This document shows positions 51,884 through 57,211 of a stretch of 57,211 nt of DNA, one piece after another. Under the pieces are notes generated by a model. The model made no database searches, was not told the origin of the DNA, and saw only the letters and a list, made by a program, of their open reading frames with translations. Within the stretch, counting starts at the first letter, position 1. Each line of letters begins with the position of its first letter. This DNA is from an uncultured Clostridia bacterium (GTDB lineage: Bacteria; Bacillota; Clostridia; TANB77; CAG-508), in NCBI GenBank assembly GCA_944393325.1, contig CALXZU010000005.1, positions 1 to 57,211 of the forward strand, given 5' to 3'. Both the position numbers and the translations under genes were made by a program.

Positions 51884-52654
51884 ATGAAAGATAAAATAAA
51901 ATACCTAACAACTACTAAAGCATTTCATATTTGCATGATAATTGTAATAATATCAGTTATAATGTTTATTGCAGGTATAATGATTTTAAGGTACCAAGTA
52001 GAAGGGGAAACTAATATGCCTTTCAAAATTAGTAAGATTACAATAGTTAGTACATCAGAGGGGATAGATAAAAATACAGAAGGGCAAAGTACTAATTGGG
52101 CTTTTGATATAAATCAAAATAATGATATTTATATATACATAGAGAAAAATAGTGAGTATACAGAAAAGGAAACTATAAAAAATATCAAAATAAATAATTT
52201 TAATGTAGAAAAAGCTAAAGAAATAGGTACAGTTAAGTTTTATAGACCAAATGTACTTGAAAGTGGAGCTAACTTTAGTAATACAGTAGAAAATGAAATT
52301 CAAGAATTGAATTATACAGGTGGCTTAGAAGCGGATCTTAAAAATTTAGTAATAGCAAACCAAGGAGGAGTTATTCTTTTTAGATATGCAAATAATAATG
52401 TGGCTGAATATGTGTCTGATATATCTACAAGTAACGAGATAATTTCTAATCAATTGTTAAAGAGTAGTAATATAAGTGAAGATGATTTGAAATGTAAATT
52501 AACATTTGATTTAAGTTTATCTACTGAAGATAGTAAAGAATATAAAACAAATATCGCATTAGATTTGCCAGTAGAAGGAATTATGGAAAACGGTACATCT
52601 TCTAAGGAGATTACCGATTTAGATGATATTATTTTTAAAAGAACTAAAAATTAG
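51884..52654 (+). CDS. Membrane-anchored hypothetical protein
   Basis: AGGAGG before ATG 51884; single N-terminal TM helix. Confidence 0.7.
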   Translation: MKDKIKYLTTTKAFHICMIIVIISVIMFIAGIMILRYQVEGETNMPFKISKITIVSTSEGIDKNTEGQSTNWAFDINQNNDIYIYIEKNSEYTEKETIKNIKINNFNVEKAKEIGTVKFYRPNVLESGANFSNTVENEIQELNYTGGLEADLKNLVIANQGGVILFRYANNNVAEYVSDISTSNEIISNQLLKSSNISEDDLKCKLTFDLSLSTEDSKEYKTNIALDLPVEGIMENGTSSKEITDLDDIIFKRTKN

Positions 52655-52752
52655 TTATAAAAAAATAATATTATTAAAAGAAAAATTGAAAGAATTTTAA
52701 ATGTGAATTTAAATTTTACTTGATTAAATATAAAATTAATTATATAATACAC

Positions 52753-52890
52753 ATGGTATCTACCTTGAATCTTTGTATGGAGAGGATCCAATAAAGACCT
52801 ATGAACCTTGTCAGGTCCGGAAGGAAGCAGCAATAAATAGTTATCTTTATGTGGAGACTTTCCATAGAGAGATTTAGGAGTATTTACCAT
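52753..52890 (+). ncRNA. ffs: Signal recognition particle RNA (short form)
   Basis: Domain IV TGTCAGGTCCGGAAGGAAGCAGCA inside a long hairpin closed by ATGGTA/TACCAT; promoter TTGATT-17-TATAAT at 52720..52748; tadA-SRP-dnaX synteny. Confidence 0.92.
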
Positions 52891-52915
52891 TTTTTATATA
52901 AGGATGTGATAAAAG

Positions 52916-54566
52916 TTGGCATACACAGCACTTTATAGAAAATTTAGACCACTTACATTTTCAGAGATAGTTGGTCAAGAACATATTACAAGGACTTTGA
53001 AAAATCAGATTATTGCAGAAAGAGTTGGTCATGCGTATTTGTTTAATGGTGGAAGAGGTACTGGTAAAACTTCTGCTGCTAAAGTTTTAGCAAGGGCAAT
53101 TAATTGCTTAAATCCACAAAATGGTGAGCCTTGCAATGAGTGTGAAATTTGTAAGGGAGCAATTAATCGGTTCTCTTACAGATATTGTTGAGATGGATGC
53201 AGCATCTAATAATAGTGTAGAAGATATTAGAGCAATAAGAGAAGAGGTTAATTTTTTACCTACAAAAGCAAAATACAGGGTATACATCATAGATGAGGTG
53301 CATATGTTATCACAGGGAGCTTTTAATGCTTTACTAAAAACTTTAGAAGAGCCACCAGAGCATGTTAAATTTATTCTTGCTACAACTGAGCCACAAAAGC
53401 TACCAGCTACTATTTTATCAAGATGTCAGAGGTTTGATTTTAAAAGAATTTCTAATGAAAATATTATAAAAAGGCTAAAAGTTGTTTGCAGTGAAAGCAA
53501 TATTCAAATAACAGATGAAGCTATGCAAATGATTGCAGTTTTAGCTGAAGGGGCTATGAGGGATGCACTTTCTATTTTAGAAAGATGTGTTCAAGACGGC
53601 GAAAACAAGATTGATGAAAATAAAATTAGAGATTTAGTTGGTATTCCTAAAATTACATATGTTCATAATGTGGTGGAAGGTATTATTGATTATGATGTAG
53701 ATAAAGCTATGCAAGGGATAGATGTGGTTTTAAACGAAGGTAAAGATATTATTAATTTACTTTGGGAAATGATTAAATATGTTAAGGATATTTTAGTTTT
53801 TAAAACTTCTAATAAATTAGATTTGTATACTGATGATGAAATAAAACAGATAGAAGAGTTATCAGGTAAAGTTGATAAGCAAAGGCTAATAAATTTAGTT
53901 TATAGCTTATCAGAGTTAGAAAGTGATATAAAATGGTCTACTCAAAAAACTATAGTTTTCCAGGCGGGAATTATTAAATTATGTAATAAAGAGGCAGAGT
54001 ATAATGCTAGTTTAGAGGAAAGAGTAGAAAAAATAGAAAAATATTTGAAATCTGGTAAGGGAATTACAATTAGTAATAACATAGTTCCTAATATGAAACC
54101 AAGTATAAACAATACGATAACTAAAAGTAATGAGCAAATAAACAGAGCTTTACAAAATAATACGAGTACAAATAATACAACTAATAATATAGTTATTCCT
54201 AAGCCTAAGGATACTGCTATTAAGTTTTCTGATAAGGCAGATGAATATTGGCCACAAATTTTAAATGAGCTAAAGGATAATGGTAAAAGAGTTCTATTTA
54301 CTAGCTTAGAGGGAACAAGGCTTACACAGGTTAATGATATGACTGTTGGCATTGAATTTCCTAATGGCATGAATCCTTTTGGAAAAACTGTTTTAGAAAG
54401 ACAAGAAAACATAAAAGAGATTTCAACGCTGGTTTCTATGGCTTGTGGCAAACCTATGCAGATTAAATATATTTCTGGCAATAACAGTGTTCATAAAGTT
54501 ACAAATGAGGAGAATTTAAAGAATTTAGCAAATGAGTCAGATATACCTTTTAATGTTATTGATTAA
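52916..54566 (+). CDS. dnaX: DNA polymerase III subunit gamma/tau; needs +1 shift at CGG 53168
   Basis: [16 protein letters not shown], zinc cysteines, then AIN-CGG. Skipping C53168 gives [34 protein letters not shown]. Confidence 0.96.
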
Positions 54567-54613
54567 TTTTAGAGGGAAAAAGAAAAAATATTAATTTTAA
54601 GGAGGAATTTATA

Positions 54614-54961
54614 ATGTCAAAAAGAGGAGGATTCCCAGGTGGCATGGGAGGTTTTGGAGGTATGAACCTTGGTAATTTAATGAAAGAAGCAAAAAAGATG
54701 CAGGCTGATATGGAAAAATCACAAGCTGAACTTGCTTCTAAAGAGTTTGAGGCTTCAGCAGGTGGTGGAGCAGTAGCTGTTAAAGTTTCTGGTGAAAAGA
54801 TTATTAAGGAAATTAAAATAAAACCAGAGGTGGTTGATCCAGATGATGTAGAGATGCTTGAAGATTTAGTTTTAACTTGTGTCAATGAGGCTTTAAGACA
54901 AGTGGATTCAGCACAAGCACAGTCACTTGGTAAATATAATATACCAGGTTTAGGATTATAA
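54614..54961 (+). CDS. ybaB: YbaB/EbfC nucleoid-associated protein
   Basis: [23 protein letters not shown]; between dnaX and recR. Confidence 0.95.
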   Translation: MSKRGGFPGGMGGFGGMNLGNLMKEAKKMQADMEKSQAELASKEFEASAGGGAVAVKVSGEKIIKEIKIKPEVVDPDDVEMLEDLVLTCVNEALRQVDSAQAQSLGKYNIPGLGL

Positions 54962-54986
54962 GTAGTAATAATTGGAGGAATAAAGG

Positions 54987-55586
54987 ATGTCATTATATTC
55001 ACCATCGATAGAAAAGTTAATCGAAAGTTTTGAGAGATTACCAAGTATAGGACATAAAACAGCAGCAAGACTTGCTTTTTATATGCTTAATTGTTCAGAA
55101 GAAGAAACAAATGAGTTTGTTTCTTCAATTATTAATGCTAAAAAGAATTTAAAGTATTGTAGTACTTGTTTTAATATTTCTGATACAGATCCTTGCAATA
55201 TTTGTGGTAATCCTAAAAGGGATAAAAGTGTTATTTGTGTTGTTGAAGATGTTCGTGATATTATTGCCATGGAGAAAACACATGAATTTAAAGGTGTTTA
55301 TCACGTGCTTCACGGTTCTATTTCACCTATGAATGGAGTAGGGCCTGATGATATCAAAATTAAGGAACTACTTTCAAGATTAATGGAGGGAGAGGTAAAA
55401 GAGGTTATTTTAGCTACTAATCCAAGAGTTGAAGGAGAAGCTACTGCTATGTATTTATCTAAACTTATTAAACCTTTAGGAGTAAAGGTTACAAGGATTG
55501 CACATGGTATACCTGTTGGTGGGGATTTAGAGTACACTGATGAAATTACTTTAACTAAGGCTTTGGAGGGAAGAAGAGAAATTTAA
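54987..55586 (+). CDS. recR: Recombination mediator RecR
   Basis: Hh[15 protein letters not shown]4 zinc finger, Toprim VEGEATA, GDLEYTD. Confidence 0.97.
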   Translation: MSLYSPSIEKLIESFERLPSIGHKTAARLAFYMLNCSEEETNEFVSSIINAKKNLKYCSTCFNISDTDPCNICGNPKRDKSVICVVEDVRDIIAMEKTHEFKGVYHVLHGSISPMNGVGPDDIKIKELLSRLMEGEVKEVILATNPRVEGEATAMYLSKLIKPLGVKVTRIAHGIPVGGDLEYTDEITLTKALEGRREI

Positions 55587-55824
55587 CTATTTTTTGCTTC
55601 TTTCTCATTTTTGATAAAAAAATGAAAATTAGTAAATTACTAAAAAAATGATACTTTGTACAACTTTGATATGAAATATTATACTATAAAATATAAAAAT
55701 GGTATTATCAAAAAATAATTACAAAATTCATATAAAGTATTTAAAAATACATTTTATTAATATTGAGTTAATAAAATGTATTTTATATAATATATATTTT
55801 TTTATTATAATCATTTTGTGTAGT

Positions 55825-56955
55825 TTAATTTCTAAATAATATATTACAAATATCTTGAGTAGAATTTTGTTTTGCTAATATTTTTGTGTTTTCTTTCATT
55901 TGAGCTAATTTTTCTTTGTTACTAAGTAAGTTTTCTATTATTTCAATAGAATTATCTTCCTTTTTAATCCATACAGCAATTCCGGTTTCTTCTAAAAATT
56001 CAGCATTTTCTTCTTCTTGACCAGGTATTGGATTAATAATGACCATAGGTAAGTTAGAAGCTAAACTTTCAGAAGTAGTAAGTCCTCCAGGTTTAGTAAC
56101 AACTAAATCAGAAATATACATTAATTTAGGTATTTCATTAGAAAATTCAATTATTTTAATATTATTTTGTGCATTATTTATTGTTACAATATTTTTAAAG
56201 GCTTCTTTCATCTTAGGATTTTTTCCTGAGATTGCAATTATTTGTATAGTATTATTTATGGTTTCTTTTACAAAGTTTTCAAATATGTGTACTGTTTTAG
56301 TTTTTCCTAATCCAAATTCTCCTCCACCAAAGAAAAGTATTGTGAATTTATTTTCGTCTAAATTATATTTAGCAAATATTTCTTTTTTATCGTAATTTTT
56401 ATTAAAAGCTTCAGATATTGGAATCCCGGTAGCAAATATTTTATTTTCATCAATTCCTTTACTTATTAAATAGTTTTTCATTTTATTATGTGCAACAAAA
56501 TAGTAATCTGTAAATTCATGACCAACAAGCCATTGATCGTGAGGTGCAAAGTCTGTCATTATAGTTGCTATTTTTGAGCTTATTTTATTTTTCCTTTTTA
56601 AATAGCTACACATTTGACTTCCAAAAGGATGTGTAGAAATTATTAAATCTGGTTTTTTCTCACGTAATAATTTAAGTAATTTTATTGCCATGATTTTATT
56701 AGACCTTGTAGAAATATGTGCTAAAGGTCCTTTTTGAGAATCTGAATAAATTCTCCCCCATGCCCAAGGTGCTTTTTTTGCCATTTCTCTATAAGCAGCA
56801 GTAGTAACTTTTTCAATTGTTTTATTTACGTATTTCATACAATCTATCATTTCTACATTTATATTTTGATAATTACTTTTTATATGATATTCAATTGATT
56901 TAGCAGCATTTAAATGTCCACCTCCATAAGAGGCGTAAAAAATTAAAACTTTCAT
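55825..56955 (-). CDS. MGDG synthase/UgtP-like diacylglycerol glycosyltransferase
   Basis: SYGGGH, ISTHPF, TGIPI, TKPGGLTTSE, PIPGQEEENA. Confidence 0.9.
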   Translation of the reverse strand: MKVLIFYASYGGGHLNAAKSIEYHIKSNYQNINVEMIDCMKYVNKTIEKVTTAAYREMAKKAPWAWGRIYSDSQKGPLAHISTRSNKIMAIKLLKLLREKKPDLIISTHPFGSQMCSYLKRKNKISSKIATIMTDFAPHDQWLVGHEFTDYYFVAHNKMKNYLISKGIDENKIFATGIPISEAFNKNYDKKEIFAKYNLDENKFTILFFGGGEFGLGKTKTVHIFENFVKETINNTIQIIAISGKNPKMKEAFKNIVTINNAQNNIKIIEFSNEIPKLMYISDLVVTKPGGLTTSESLASNLPMVIINPIPGQEEENAEFLEETGIAVWIKKEDNSIEIIENLLSNKEKLAQMKENTKILAKQNSTQDICNILFRN

Positions 56956-57065
56956 TATTATTTCTCCCCATATTTCTATGTTGCTATTTTAACATAAAAT
57001 AAAAAATTTTTCAAAAAATAGAATAAAAATTAAGAATTTTATACAAAATAAGAAAAAATAGTAAA

Positions 57066-57211
57066 AAAAATAAATAAATAAAAACAAAAAACAAATACAA
57101 TAATAAATAAAAATAAAATAAAAAATAAATAAAAAAATAAAAAAATAAATAAAAAAATAAATAAAAAAATAAATAAAAAAATAAATAAAAAAATAAATAA
57201 AAAAATAAATA
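57066..57211. repeat. A-rich tandem repeat, 12-bp unit TAAATAAAAAAA, running to the window end
   Basis: At least five perfect units from 57146, with degenerate units before. Confidence 0.85.

Noticed and set aside
12923..53121. ORF-track starts at 12923, 19296, 20334, 46853 and 53121 (and 2879, 9283) as independent genes
   Set aside because: They lack convincing RBSs and omit conserved or targeting N-termini that lie upstream in the other frame.

Overview
Low-GC (AT-rich) chromosomal segment of a spore-forming Clostridia-like bacterium, starting at the oriC-flanking rpmH-rnpA-yidD-yidC-jag-mnmE-mnmG-rsmG-parA-parB block. It continues through two tRNA-Ser genes, a HEPN/MNT toxin-antitoxin pair, a 14-kb type IV secretion-like operon (three VirB2/TrbC-like pilins, PrgI, VirB4, VirB6-like, VirB8-like proteins and a cell-wall hydrolase, with no relaxase, coupling protein or integrase in view), an Rpn nuclease with a duplicated C-terminal module, sporulation genes (GerMN, abrB, spmAB, spoIIR) and housekeeping genes ending with tRNA-Arg, tadA, SRP RNA, dnaX, ybaB and recR. 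An uncultured TANB77-like lineage is my inference only. The main observation is that seven genes, including essential dnaX, are each split by the same event. An in-frame CGG codon (2851, 9243, 12940, 19229, 20387, 46726, 53168) is followed by a premature stop, while skipping its C gives a GGA/GGT glycine codon and restores the full-length protein. A manual scan found no in-frame CGG in any uninterrupted gene. This suggests a genome-wide recoding rule in which CGG(A/U) causes a +1 frameshift or is read as a four-base glycine codon. A systematic assembly artefact still has to be excluded.
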